64,000 bases of DNA. Source: an uncultured bacterium (GTDB taxonomy: Bacteria; Fidelibacterota; Marinisomatia; Marinisomatales; UBA1611). Shown in pieces: positions 29,858-40,534 of this stretch. A program made the translations under genes and the position numbers. Where the stretch lies: assembly GCA_965660855.1 (NCBI GenBank), contig CBFIBM010000005.1:33466-97465 (forward strand), given 5' to 3'. Every line of letters begins with the position of its first letter. Position 1 is the first letter of the stretch. Below the pieces are notes generated by a model. The model did not search any database, had not been told where the DNA came from, and saw nothing but the letters and a program-made list of their open reading frames with translations.

Positions 29858-31867
29858 CTATTTTTTATCAATTGCTGTGTGTAATTCTTTTTCAATTTTC
29901 TTTATTTCATCTCGAATATTTGCAGCTTTTTCAAATTTTAAGTTCTCTGCAGCATTGTGCATCGCTTTTTTTAATTCAATTAATATATTTTCTTTATCTT
30001 CAATTAGCATATCTTTTAAATTATACTCAAAAATTGATTCATCGGTATTAACATCATTTGATCCAGCAACAGATGTTGAATCAAGAATTTCATCTAAAGA
30101 TTTATATACAGTTTTTGGAATAATATTATTTTGTAAATTAAAATCCTGCTGAATTTTTCTTCTCTTGTTAGTTGTTTTTACTAAATGATTAATAGCATCT
30201 GTTTTTTTATCTGCATATAGAATAACAAGACCTTCTAAATTTCTTGCAGCTCTTCCAGCTGTTTGCAACAAAGAACTTTTCGACCTTAGAAACCCTTCTT
30301 TATCTGCATCCAAAACAGCAACTAAACTCACCTCTGGTAAATCCAAGCCTTCTCGAAGTAAATTAATTCCCACCAAAACATCAAATTCTCCTAACCTCAA
30401 ATCTCTTAAAATTTGCACCCTCTCAACAGTGCCAATATCTGAATGTAAATATTTTACTTTTATATTAAGACCTGATAAATATTCTGTTAAATCCTCAGAC
30501 ATCTTTTTCGTTAATGTGGTAATAAGAATACGCTCTTTTCGTTTTACCCTATATCTAATTTCGCCAACTAAATCGTCAATTTGCCCTAATGATGGACGGA
30601 TATCCACCTTTGGATCAAGTAAGCCTGTTGGCCTTATAATTTGTTCGACGATTACTCCTTTAGAAAACTCTAATTCTCTATCTGATGGTGTAGCTGATGT
30701 GAAAATAACTTGATTCTGAGAGTCATGGAACTCATTATATTTTAGTGGCCTATTATCTAATGCACTTGGTAATCTAAACCCATGTTCAACTAAAGTTGTT
30801 TTTCTTGCCCTATCACCATTATACATGCCTTGTATTTGAGGTAATGTAACATGAGATTCATCCAAAATAGTTAAGAAGTCATCTGGGAAAAAGTCGATCA
30901 ATGTATTTGGCTTTTCACCTTCTTTTCTTCCAGCAAATAAACGCGAATAATTTTCTATTCCAGAACAATAACCCAGCTCTATCATCATCTCAATATCAAA
31001 ATATGTTCTCTGCTCCAATCTTTGAGCCTCTAAAAGTTTATTATGCTCTCTTAAAAACTTTAATCTATCATTAAGTTCTACTTTAATTTTCTCTATAACT
31101 GCTAAAGTTGTTTCCTTATCTGTTACAAAATGTTTGGCAGGGAAGATTACGATTTTTTCAAGTTTTTCTTTTTCTTCTCCAGTTATTGGATCAAAACGAG
31201 ATACGTATTCAACCTCATTTCCGAACAACTCAATTCTTATGCATAAATCTTCATATGCCGGGAATATATCTATAACATCTCCTCTTACTCTGATATTTCC
31301 TCTTTCAAGAACCTTATCATTCCTTGAATAATGGATATTTACAAGGCTCAAAATAAATGATCTTCTATTAAGGTTTTGACCCTTAGAAATTTTCACTGTC
31401 CCTTTTTTGTATTCTTCAGGAGAACCTATACCATAGATACAAGAGACTGAGCTTACAACAATCACATCATTTCGAGCCATTAAAGAGCTGGTTGCTTTAA
31501 GCCTCAACTTATCAATTTCTTCATTAACAGAGGAATCTTTTTCTATGAAAGTATCCGTTACAGGTAGATAGGCTTCTGGTTGGTAGTAATCATAATAAGA
31601 AATAAAAAATTCTACAGCATTGTTTGGAAATAATTGCTTGAATTCACCATATAATTGAGCAGCAAGTGTTTTATTATGAGACATTATGAGGGTGGGCTTT
31701 TGAACTTGCTCAATGACATTTGCCATTGTAAAAGTTTTTCCAGAACCTGTAACACCCATTAAAGTTTGATATTTTTCATTGTTGTTAATACCTAATACCA
31801 ATTCATTAATTGCTGCTGGTTGGTCTCCTTCAGGGTTAAAGCTTGAGGTGATTTTTAAGTCTGCCAT
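29858..31867 (-). CDS. uvrB: Excinuclease ABC subunit B
   Basis: GDQPAAI, GVTGSGKT, HNKTLAAQLY, YYDYYQPEAY, DESHVT, GINLLREGLDLPEV, C-terminal UVR domain. Confidence 0.98.
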   Translation of the reverse strand: MADLKITSSFNPEGDQPAAINELVLGINNNEKYQTLMGVTGSGKTFTMANVIEQVQKPTLIMSHNKTLAAQLYGEFKQLFPNNAVEFFISYYDYYQPEAYLPVTDTFIEKDSSVNEEIDKLRLKATSSLMARNDVIVVSSVSCIYGIGSPEEYKKGTVKISKGQNLNRRSFILSLVNIHYSRNDKVLERGNIRVRGDVIDIFPAYEDLCIRIELFGNEVEYVSRFDPITGEEKEKLEKIVIFPAKHFVTDKETTLAVIEKIKVELNDRLKFLREHNKLLEAQRLEQRTYFDIEMMIELGYCSGIENYSRLFAGRKEGEKPNTLIDFFPDDFLTILDESHVTLPQIQGMYNGDRARKTTLVEHGFRLPSALDNRPLKYNEFHDSQNQVIFTSATPSDRELEFSKGVIVEQIIRPTGLLDPKVDIRPSLGQIDDLVGEIRYRVKRKERILITTLTKKMSEDLTEYLSGLNIKVKYLHSDIGTVERVQILRDLRLGEFDVLVGINLLREGLDLPEVSLVAVLDADKEGFLRSKSSLLQTAGRAARNLEGLVILYADKKTDAINHLVKTTNKRRKIQQDFNLQNNIIPKTVYKSLDEILDSTSVAGSNDVNTDESIFEYNLKDMLIEDKENILIELKKAMHNAAENLKFEKAANIRDEIKKIEKELHTAIDKK

Positions 31868-31925
31868 AATGTCTAAAATTACATGTATTCAGTTTCAGAA
31901 TCCAGTTAGATAGTGATATAAAATA

Positions 31926-33764
31926 TTATACATTAGTAGTTTTTTTTGACAGATTAATTATTTCAGAACAGAGACTAATCGGGATACCTGTTTTTTGATG
32001 AATATCTAGTTTATTTAACTTCCGTAATTCCTTTGGGCCATCATATGTTTGCATTAATAGTTTTATTCTTTTTTTACCGAGGCCTTTAATACTAGAAAAA
32101 ATAGAGTTAATTATCGTTTTATTTCTTTTTTCTCTCTGAAAAGTTATTGCGAACCTATGTGCCTCATCTCTTATTCTCCTTAATAGTATCAAGCCTGAAC
32201 TTTGTTTATTAATCGATTGGGGATCTGAATAACCTGGCAAAAACACTTCCTCCAATCGTTTAGCAAGACCAATAATGGGAATAAAGTTAAGATTTAAACT
32301 TTTCAGTACTTCAACTGAGGTATTTAATTGGCCCTTACCACCATCAATCAATATTAAATCGGGTAATTTTTTATTTTCTTTTTTTAGCCTTTTATATCTT
32401 CTAGAAACGACTTCATTCATCGATGCGAAATCATCAATCTTATTAACATTTTTAATATTATATTTTCGATATTCATTTTTTTTCGGTTTTGCATCAACAA
32501 AACATACCATTGAAGCTACAGTATTTGTTCCTCCCAAGTGAGATACATCGAAAGCTTCTATTCTTCTTGGAGCTACGCTTAAATTTAAATCTTCTTGTAA
32601 TTGTTGTAATATTTTTGGTACGAGGTCTTTTCTCTTTTCTTTATTTATTTTCCATTCACCAAGTAAAAGTTTAGCATTTTGCAATGTAATTCTAATTTCT
32701 TTTGCTTTTTCACCCTTTTTAGGATAAATAAATCTAACAGGACCTTTTCTTTTTTTCTTTAACAATTCTAAAAGGCCTTTTTCATTTTCTGGATTATTTT
32801 GAAGTGATAATTCTCTAGGAATAAAGTCGCTATCAAAATAAAACCTTGTAATTATATTTTTTAAGTTTGTACCCTCACTGGCATCTAACTTACTGATTGA
32901 TAATTTATCTCTACTAAAAATTCTACCATTTCTAATCCTTAAAATAACTGCGATACCGAAATCATCCTCTTTTGAAAGAGCAATTACATCACGCTCAATA
33001 AAATCTGTCGCAACTAATCTTTGTTTATTTTTAAATTCGGTTATCGACTCCAGTTGATCTCTATAAATTGTAGCATCTTCATAATTTTGATGATCGGATG
33101 CCTTCTTCATCAACTTCAATATATGACCTTCAGTTGGTTTAGTTTTTCCCTTCATAAAATCTTCAATCCTACTTATCATCTGCGAATAATTTCTTTTACT
33201 AACTAGGCCTTCGCAGGGCCCTTCACACTTTTTAATATGATAATCAAGACAGACAGATATTTTTTTTTCTTCGATTACTTTGTGATCAATAAAATATGTA
33301 CAACTTCTAATGGGAAATACCCTATTAAGAGCTTTAAGTGTTTTTCTTAAATGCCTAACATCAGTAAATGGTCCAAAATATTTTGATCCATCTTTAACTA
33401 CTTCCCTAGTCAAAAATACTTGAGGATATGGTTCATTCGTAATTCTAATAAAAGGATAACTTTTATCATCTCTTAAATCAATATTATACTTGGGTTTATG
33501 TCTTTTAATTAAATTTGCTTCAGTCATTAATGCTTCAACCTCACTTCTAACAATTATCCATTCTATATTCACTACGTGTCTGAGCATAGTAGTGTTTTTT
33601 GGAGACAGCGAAGCTTTATTTTGAAAATAAGACCTAACACGATTTTTTAAATTTTTTGCCTTTCCAATGTAAATAATTTGATTATCATTGTTATAAAAAG
33701 TATAAACACCAGGATTTCTAGGAAGTTGTAATAGTTTGGTTTTAATTGATTCTTGAATATCCAT
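31926..33764 (-). CDS. uvrC: Excinuclease ABC subunit C
   Basis: GIY-YIG (PGVY...IYIGKAKNL), RIEAFDVSH, DGGKGQ, RDEAHRFA. Confidence 0.97.
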   Translation of the reverse strand: MDIQESIKTKLLQLPRNPGVYTFYNNDNQIIYIGKAKNLKNRVRSYFQNKASLSPKNTTMLRHVVNIEWIIVRSEVEALMTEANLIKRHKPKYNIDLRDDKSYPFIRITNEPYPQVFLTREVVKDGSKYFGPFTDVRHLRKTLKALNRVFPIRSCTYFIDHKVIEEKKISVCLDYHIKKCEGPCEGLVSKRNYSQMISRIEDFMKGKTKPTEGHILKLMKKASDHQNYEDATIYRDQLESITEFKNKQRLVATDFIERDVIALSKEDDFGIAVILRIRNGRIFSRDKLSISKLDASEGTNLKNIITRFYFDSDFIPRELSLQNNPENEKGLLELLKKKRKGPVRFIYPKKGEKAKEIRITLQNAKLLLGEWKINKEKRKDLVPKILQQLQEDLNLSVAPRRIEAFDVSHLGGTNTVASMVCFVDAKPKKNEYRKYNIKNVNKIDDFASMNEVVSRRYKRLKKENKKLPDLILIDGGKGQLNTSVEVLKSLNLNFIPIIGLAKRLEEVFLPGYSDPQSINKQSSGLILLRRIRDEAHRFAITFQREKRNKTIINSIFSSIKGLGKKRIKLLMQTYDGPKELRKLNKLDIHQKTGIPISLCSEIINLSKKTTNV

Positions 33765-33935
33765 ATATAGAATCTAATTATATCACCCTAAATAAATCTT
33801 TAAAGAAAAAACTAAAATAAAAAATATGTTTGTCAATTCTTATTTTAATTAGTTAATAATAAATATAAATTAGTAGGCTTTAAATATTACTTTAAATAAA
33901 TTGTAATTAATAAACATAACTATAAAAATTAAACA

Positions 33936-35411
33936 ATGTGTAGATCTAAATATTTCAAAAGCTTAGCTTTAATTTCAGTTTTTTCTTTTTTAGTCGGACA
34001 AAATACTTCCAATGATAAAAAAAGAAAAGTTTACAGAACCCAATCTGGATCAATTATAGAAGCACCTAAACCACTTTTAGATAGGGTAATTAAAAAGACT
34101 AAATCAACTGTAAAGTCAAAAAAAGAAGATAAAAAAGCAAAAGCATTGGCACGCACGAAGATTGTTGAGACAACATATAGAAATGAATTAGATAGCTTAA
34201 AATCATCAGTCTCAGCTCTTCTAAAAGAATCTAAGTTGTTAAAAGAAAATTATGAACAAAAATTAGCTGAAAAACTCACTGACACCATATTTGTATACAC
34301 AACATTATATGATACAACTAGATCACTAGATACTACATATATATATACAAATGCAACGACTACTGTTTATGATACAACTGTAGTCATTGATAGTATATAC
34401 ATAAATAACTATGATACTACCACGATTGTTCAGGCTTCATATGATACTGTCTATGTAATGGATACGACGGTTGTTGTAAATTATGATACAACTATTATGA
34501 GAGACACCATATGGGCATTTGCTTATGATACTACAACTATTTACGATACAACTTGGGTATATGCGCATGATACAACAGTCATTAGGGATTCAATTTGGTT
34601 ATTTGCAGTTGACTCCGTAAAGTCTTTTGATACTCTTGTAGTTTCAAATAATGATACGGTTACTATCCATACCTATTCAAGTAGGTTTCCTGAAAATTTT
34701 TCGCCAGATATGATAAGTGAGAATCAAAGTGCATTCCCAAAATATAAAACATTAGCCGACGCATTAAGAGCCCGGGATACAGGAGATAAATCTGCTCAAG
34801 GTTGGATAAATCAAGCTCTAAATGCAGCAGGCGGAGACTGGAATAAAGCTGAAAAAGAATATAAAAAGTTACAAGAAGTCTACTCAACAGCTATGGTAAG
34901 AGCAATAACAAGAACTCCTAAAAACCAAAATTTTATTGGTCCTGATTTAAAATACAAAACTGTAATATTTGATACCTTAAAAATTTTGACATTTGATACT
35001 ACACTTATTCAAGATACAGTCAAAAATTTAGTTAAACAGACTTATGTAAAATATGATACATCTATTGTGGATAAGAGAAGAGAAGTTATTGCTAACACCA
35101 CCCCTCCAGGTCATGAACTCATTATTAAATATCACAGGAATGGTAGAGTTAAAGAAAGAGGGCTAATGAAAAGTAATAAAAGAAATGGCGAATGGATCCA
35201 GTATGATTTTAAGGGCATACCTCTCAGAAAATCAGTTTATGATATGGGAAGAATGACTCAAGATGAGTTAATTGTGACATCTGAAGAAAATAATCAATCA
35301 AATCCTATGAAAAATGAATCTGATGATATAAAAAAGAAAAATAAGAAAAATAAATCCAAAGCAAAGAAAGCAAGTAACATTTTTAAATTACCTAAATTTG
35401 GAAAAGATTAA
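33936..35411 (+). CDS. Secreted hypothetical protein with a coiled coil, a Thr/Asp-rich YDTT repeat region, a MORN-variant-like segment and a Lys-rich tail
   Basis: Signal-like N-terminus; repeated (Y/H)DTT...D(T/S)I units; YHRNGRVKERG...RNGEWIQYDFKG resembles MORN variant repeats. Confidence 0.8.
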   Translation: MCRSKYFKSLALISVFSFLVGQNTSNDKKRKVYRTQSGSIIEAPKPLLDRVIKKTKSTVKSKKEDKKAKALARTKIVETTYRNELDSLKSSVSALLKESKLLKENYEQKLAEKLTDTIFVYTTLYDTTRSLDTTYIYTNATTTVYDTTVVIDSIYINNYDTTTIVQASYDTVYVMDTTVVVNYDTTIMRDTIWAFAYDTTTIYDTTWVYAHDTTVIRDSIWLFAVDSVKSFDTLVVSNNDTVTIHTYSSRFPENFSPDMISENQSAFPKYKTLADALRARDTGDKSAQGWINQALNAAGGDWNKAEKEYKKLQEVYSTAMVRAITRTPKNQNFIGPDLKYKTVIFDTLKILTFDTTLIQDTVKNLVKQTYVKYDTSIVDKRREVIANTTPPGHELIIKYHRNGRVKERGLMKSNKRNGEWIQYDFKGIPLRKSVYDMGRMTQDELIVTSEENNQSNPMKNESDDIKKKNKKNKSKAKKASNIFKLPKFGKD

Positions 35412-35812
35412 ACTTTCTGAGCTAATTCTACCAATACACCTCCAGTAGAAGATGGGTGTAGGAAGATTATTTTATAACCCTCCGCTCCAATATTATAACT
35501 AGATCCAATAATATTAATATTTTTTGATTTAAGCTCTAATATAGCTTCCTCAATATCTTCAATTTCAAAACACACATGGTGTAGGCCAGGGCCATTCTTT
35601 TTTAAAAATTTAGATATAGGGCTATTAGGTGATTTTTCCTTAATAAGTTCAATCCTACTATTTTTTATTTTATATATATCGGCTATAACTCCTTGGTTGG
35701 GAATTTCTTCTTGTTTTTTGAATTCTAGTCCCATTATGTCTTTCCAAAAGTTAGAACCCTTTTTAAGACTTTCAACAGCGATCGCTATATGTTCAATGCT
35801 CAGTATTTTCAT
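35408..35812 (-). CDS. mce: Methylmalonyl-CoA epimerase (VOC family)
   Basis: IEHIAIAV, SPISKFLKKNGPGLHHVCFE, FLHPSSTGGVLVELAQ. Confidence 0.9.
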   Translation of the reverse strand: MKILSIEHIAIAVESLKKGSNFWKDIMGLEFKKQEEIPNQGVIADIYKIKNSRIELIKEKSPNSPISKFLKKNGPGLHHVCFEIEDIEEAILELKSKNINIIGSSYNIGAEGYKIIFLHPSSTGGVLVELAQKV

Positions 35813-36843
35813 TTTAATAATTCTTTATATTTATTCTTTAACACAGCTCCAATTCCAGGGTTCAAACTTCCTTTCAAAACCCCATTTTCAACTATTACCC
35901 CCTTAAAAGGGTCGTTTTCTATTAAAAGATTTCCATCTAAGTCAAGAAAATCTGCCTCCCCAGAAATTTGATACATTGCAGATATTGCTGCAGAAGTTTC
36001 TATCATACACCCCAACATAATTTTCATATTATAATCTTTTGCTATTTTTATCATATCTATAGCTTCAAAAAGAGAACCACATTTCATTAATTTAATATTT
36101 ACACCATCAAATGCGGTATGTATTTTTAATATATCAAATTTATTACAACTATTTTCATCAGCAATTATATCAATTGATGATTCATTTTTTAATAGTTTTG
36201 TATTTTCAACCTCATGAGCAGGAAAAGGTTGTTCAATTAATTCAATATTATAATCTTCCAGCCACCTACAAAGATCTAACCCCTCTTCAAAAGTCCATCC
36301 TTCGTTTGCATCAACTCTAATTTTTTTATCTGTATACTTTCTTATTTCTCTAATTATATTTTTATCTTGGCCTTTGGTTCCCAACTTAACTTTTAATATT
36401 TTAAAAGCTTTAGCATCTTGAATTTTGTTTTTAATTTGACTGATTTTACCAATTGAAATAGTATAACTAGTAAAATTTGATTTTGTATCTTTAATATTTA
36501 ATAGATTGCACAATGGAATTTTATTTAATTTTCCAAAATAATCCAATAAAGCCATACTGATTGCTGCTTCCAAGGATTTAAGACCTTTTAATTTAGGTAA
36601 AAGATAATCCCAAATAGATTCATAATCATTAAGCATATCTGGAATTAAAATATTGGTTTTTAAAACATCTTCAATTAATTCTACTGTTTCTCCATATCTA
36701 ATTGATGGAGCTGCTTCACCAACACCGTAAATATTTTTATGTTTTATAAAAAGTAGAATTCGATCGTACCAATCATTTCTCTCCCTAGAAATACCAAAAG
36801 TGTATTTTAAATTAACACGATATTTTTTATATAAAATTTCCAA
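35809..36843 (-). CDS. Dipeptide (L-Ala-D/L-Glu) epimerase, enolase superfamily
   Basis: KVKLG, RVDANEGW, IEQP, ADE, NIKLMKCG, GCMIET, DLDG. Confidence 0.9.
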   Translation of the reverse strand: MEILYKKYRVNLKYTFGISRERNDWYDRILLFIKHKNIYGVGEAAPSIRYGETVELIEDVLKTNILIPDMLNDYESIWDYLLPKLKGLKSLEAAISMALLDYFGKLNKIPLCNLLNIKDTKSNFTSYTISIGKISQIKNKIQDAKAFKILKVKLGTKGQDKNIIREIRKYTDKKIRVDANEGWTFEEGLDLCRWLEDYNIELIEQPFPAHEVENTKLLKNESSIDIIADENSCNKFDILKIHTAFDGVNIKLMKCGSLFEAIDMIKIAKDYNMKIMLGCMIETSAAISAMYQISGEADFLDLDGNLLIENDPFKGVIVENGVLKGSLNPGIGAVLKNKYKELLK

Positions 36844-36864
36844 AGAATAATATTAAACTCTAAT

Positions 36865-37635
36865 TTAGAATATAGGATTTCTTTTATTTATAAAAGCATC
36901 AATACCCTCTTTGGTTTCATCCGTTAAAATCCTTTCTGAGAAACATTCTGCTTCTAATTTGAGACCATCATCAAGTGATAAAGTGAACGACTTTTGTATA
37001 CATTTAATTGAGTCTTTGACAGCACCTGGTCCATTTAATAAAATTTTATCAACTATATTCAATACATTTTTCATTAAAGTCTTTTGAGGAAAAACGGCAT
37101 TCACTAAACCAATATTCAAAGCTTTTTCAGAATTAATAATATTTCCCAATAAAATCATTTCAGTAGCTCTTGCAATTCCAATTATTTTTGGTAACCGTTG
37201 AGTTCCTCCCCAACCAGGAATCAAACCTAATTTAACTTCTGGTTGAGAAAAAGTTGCGTTTCCACTCGCAAACCTTAAATGACAGGCTAAACTTATTTCA
37301 CATCCACCTCCAAAAGCATATCCATTTATTGCAGCAATAATCGGCTTAGATGATTGCTCAATCCTATTTGTAACTTCTTGTCCTAATTTTGAAAAATCAT
37401 ACGCAGCTTTTTTATCCAAATTTTTCATGATTTTTATATCAGCACCTGCAATAAATGATTTTCCCCCTGACCCAGTTATAATTACAGCTCTAATATTATT
37501 ATTTCCAATCAAAGTTTTTAATTCTAAATCTAATTCATTTAAAACATTATAATTCATAGCATTGAGTGCTTCTTCCCTATTTATTTCTAGGATAGCAATT
37601 TTATTCTTCAATGAAGTTTTAACGAATTTTTGCAT
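36865..37635 (-). CDS. Enoyl-CoA hydratase (crotonase family)
   Basis: FIAGADI, AINGYAFGGGCE, QPEVKLGLIPGWGGTQRL. Confidence 0.92.
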   Translation of the reverse strand: MQKFVKTSLKNKIAILEINREEALNAMNYNVLNELDLELKTLIGNNNIRAVIITGSGGKSFIAGADIKIMKNLDKKAAYDFSKLGQEVTNRIEQSSKPIIAAINGYAFGGGCEISLACHLRFASGNATFSQPEVKLGLIPGWGGTQRLPKIIGIARATEMILLGNIINSEKALNIGLVNAVFPQKTLMKNVLNIVDKILLNGPGAVKDSIKCIQKSFTLSLDDGLKLEAECFSERILTDETKEGIDAFINKRNPIF

Positions 37636-37639
37636 TTAA

Positions 37640-39109
37640 CTATTTCCAATATGTTCTACTAAAAAGTACCATCACAGTAAATATTTCAAGTCTACCCAGT
37701 AACATACAAAAAGATAATAGCCATTTCCCTTGGCTGGGTAATAAAGCATAATTATCAGTTGGACCAAATTTTCCTAATCCTGGACCTATATTGCCCATTG
37801 CGGATGCTGCAGCACCAATTGAAGATTCTATATCAATTCCCATGGTAGATAGGAGAATAGTTGTAATAATAAAAGCGGACATAAAAAATAAAAAGAAACC
37901 TAAAGTATTTCTAACAACATCCTCTTTGATTGATTGTCTACCAATTTTAACAGGTATTAATGCTCTAGAATGTAACATTCGACGAGTCTCTAATGCAGCA
38001 TATTTTACTAATAATAAAATTCGTATTACCTTCATTCCCCCTGTGGTAGAACCACCCATACCTCCAACAAACATTAAAATTAGTAAAATTGCTTGAACCG
38101 CTACAGGCCAGAGCTCATAATCAGCAGAACCATAACCTGTTGTTGTTAAAATTGAAATAGAGGTAAAAAGAGATTCTCTAAAATTAAGGAGTGTAAAGTC
38201 CAGATTGTTAATAGATACAAAAATAAAGATTAATACTGTAATAATTAAAGTCACTAAGAAGTATACGGCAAATTCTTTATCTTTAATATATGCTTTAAAA
38301 TCGCCATTTATTGCTCTAAAATGAAGTGAGAAATTAACTCCTGCTAGAAACATAAAAAAAATAATAATATAGTGAATAGTTGAACTATCATAATGACCTA
38401 TACTCGCATTTTTTGTAGAAAAACCACCAGTAGGCATTGTCGTAAATGCATGGCAAATAGAATCAAATGTCCCCATTCCTGCAACAGAAAGTGCTAAGAA
38501 TTGGGCTAAAGTAATACCAACATAAACTATCCAAAGAAATTTTGCAGTTTCTCTTACTCTAGGTTTAATTTTATCAGCCACAGGTCCTGGAACCTCAGCT
38601 TTAAATAATTGTACCCCACCAACGCCCAATAAAGGTAAAATTGCAATATAAAATACTATTATACCCATTCCACCAATCCATTGTATAAATGAACGCCAGA
38701 ATAAAACACCATGTGGAAGACTTTCTATACCATTCTTTAGATTAGGAAGAGTATTTATATTGCCAAGAATAGAGGCACCAGTGGTAGTTACTCCAGACAT
38801 TGATTCAAAAAAAGCGTCAGTAATATTTGGGATAGCGCCAGAAAAATAAAAAGGAAGCGCACCAGCGATGGCTGTAAAAATCCATGAAAAAGTTACAATT
38901 GCAAAGCCATCTTTATTTGTAAGTGTTTTATTATGGCGTGTGAAAATCCAAATTGGAAGCCCCAAACCAATACATGAACTTGATGATAAGAGAAAACCTT
39001 TTAAATCATTGCCACCATAAAAATATGAAATAAAAATAGGTAATATCATAGTCAAGCCAATTATCACTAATAACCCACCTATCACATTCAATAATATTTT
39101 TAATCTCAT
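37640..39109 (-). CDS. trkH: Trk potassium uptake membrane subunit
   Basis: FESMSGVTTTGA, QWIGGMG, TGGFS, TTTGY, GSTTGGMK, GNIGPG, MLLGRLE. Confidence 0.96.
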   Translation of the reverse strand: MRLKILLNVIGGLLVIIGLTMILPIFISYFYGGNDLKGFLLSSSSCIGLGLPIWIFTRHNKTLTNKDGFAIVTFSWIFTAIAGALPFYFSGAIPNITDAFFESMSGVTTTGASILGNINTLPNLKNGIESLPHGVLFWRSFIQWIGGMGIIVFYIAILPLLGVGGVQLFKAEVPGPVADKIKPRVRETAKFLWIVYVGITLAQFLALSVAGMGTFDSICHAFTTMPTGGFSTKNASIGHYDSSTIHYIIIFFMFLAGVNFSLHFRAINGDFKAYIKDKEFAVYFLVTLIITVLIFIFVSINNLDFTLLNFRESLFTSISILTTTGYGSADYELWPVAVQAILLILMFVGGMGGSTTGGMKVIRILLLVKYAALETRRMLHSRALIPVKIGRQSIKEDVVRNTLGFFLFFMSAFIITTILLSTMGIDIESSIGAAASAMGNIGPGLGKFGPTDNYALLPSQGKWLLSFCMLLGRLEIFTVMVLFSRTYWK

Positions 39110-40458
39110 GATGAAAATAGTTTTCTTACTTTTTTAATTTCTTTTGGTTTTGCGAAAACCAATACAGTATCATCCTCAGTCAAAATGGAAGTTCCATGGG
39201 CAATTCTTATTTTACCATGGTGATTTATCATTCCGACTATACAATCAACAGGAAAATTCACCTCCTTTAGCGGACGTAAAGTAACCGGACTACCTGGCTC
39301 TGGTTGAAACTCTACAACATCTACCTCAATCTCATCAAATGACAAAACTGGTTTTTCTGTTACATCTGAATGTAATTCTTTTAATATTGCATTTACGGTA
39401 GATAAATTTTTGCTAAAAACTGCACCTGCTTTTATCTCATGGATAGCAGGTATATACTCTGTAGTCGAAACATGAATGATGCTCTGCCTTGCACCTAAAT
39501 GATTAGCTAAAAGACCTGCTATTAAATTAGTTTTTTCACTTTCAGTTACCGAAATAAAGCTATCAATATCTTGAATGTTTTCTGATTTTAAAAATTCAAT
39601 ATCGGTTCCATCGCCGTAAAGTATCATTGATTGATCTATAATATGTGAAATTTTACCAGCTTTAGGTCTGTTTTTTTCTACCAACCTAACATTTAATGAA
39701 TCATCTGGTAATTGTTTTGCTAAAGTTCGCCCAATTTTTGATCCACCAATGATCATCACCCTATTCGTATACGTTATTTCTTTATTTAAAAGAACCATCA
39801 AATTTTCTAAATCTTCTGCTTTAATAAGAAAATATCCAATATCTCCTTCTTCAAACTCAAACTCAGCCCATGGAACAATGGTTTCTTGCCCTCTAAGAAC
39901 AGCAATCACACCAAATCTAAAATGGCTATTATTTTTTGCTATTTTCCCCAGGTGTTTATTAAAAATATTCGATGATTCATTCTCAATTAACAAACCGAGC
40001 ATTTTTAATCTACCCGCTTCAAAATCAACTGCTTGAACCGCATATGGGTGTTTAACTAATCTCATGATTTCTTCACATGCAGCTTTTTCAGGGTGAATTA
40101 CAACATCAACTCCAAATTTTTCTGGTCTAATTATAGAATCCTGTGCCGTGTATTGCTGATTTCTTAGACGTGCAATAATTTTATTTGCTCCAAGCTTATG
40201 AGCTTGTTGTGAAGCAATTAGATTAACCTCATCTACTCGGGTTAAACATAATACATAGTCAGCTTCACCAACGCTTGCTTCATTTAATATTTTAGGACTT
40301 GCCCCATTACCTTCTACAACTATTACATCTAGGTTTTCTGACGCTCTTCTACATTTGGAAGGGTCAATATCAACAACTGTTATATCATAGTCTTCTTCAC
40401 TAAGTGCTTTTGCAACATGAAAACCAACTTCTCCTCCACCAATAATTACAACTTTCAT
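39106..40458 (-). CDS. trkA: Trk potassium uptake NAD-binding subunit
   Basis: Two RCK domains (IIGGGEVG, IIGGSKIG); 4-bp overlap with trkH. Confidence 0.95.
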   Translation of the reverse strand: MKVVIIGGGEVGFHVAKALSEEDYDITVVDIDPSKCRRASENLDVIVVEGNGASPKILNEASVGEADYVLCLTRVDEVNLIASQQAHKLGANKIIARLRNQQYTAQDSIIRPEKFGVDVVIHPEKAACEEIMRLVKHPYAVQAVDFEAGRLKMLGLLIENESSNIFNKHLGKIAKNNSHFRFGVIAVLRGQETIVPWAEFEFEEGDIGYFLIKAEDLENLMVLLNKEITYTNRVMIIGGSKIGRTLAKQLPDDSLNVRLVEKNRPKAGKISHIIDQSMILYGDGTDIEFLKSENIQDIDSFISVTESEKTNLIAGLLANHLGARQSIIHVSTTEYIPAIHEIKAGAVFSKNLSTVNAILKELHSDVTEKPVLSFDEIEVDVVEFQPEPGSPVTLRPLKEVNFPVDCIVGMINHHGKIRIAHGTSILTEDDTVLVFAKPKEIKKVRKLFSS

Positions 40459-40534
40459 TTATAATTCCAACCTTATTTATTTTTGCAGAAAAATTTATAT
40501 AACTATATAATTTAATAGTTAGTCATAAGACCCA

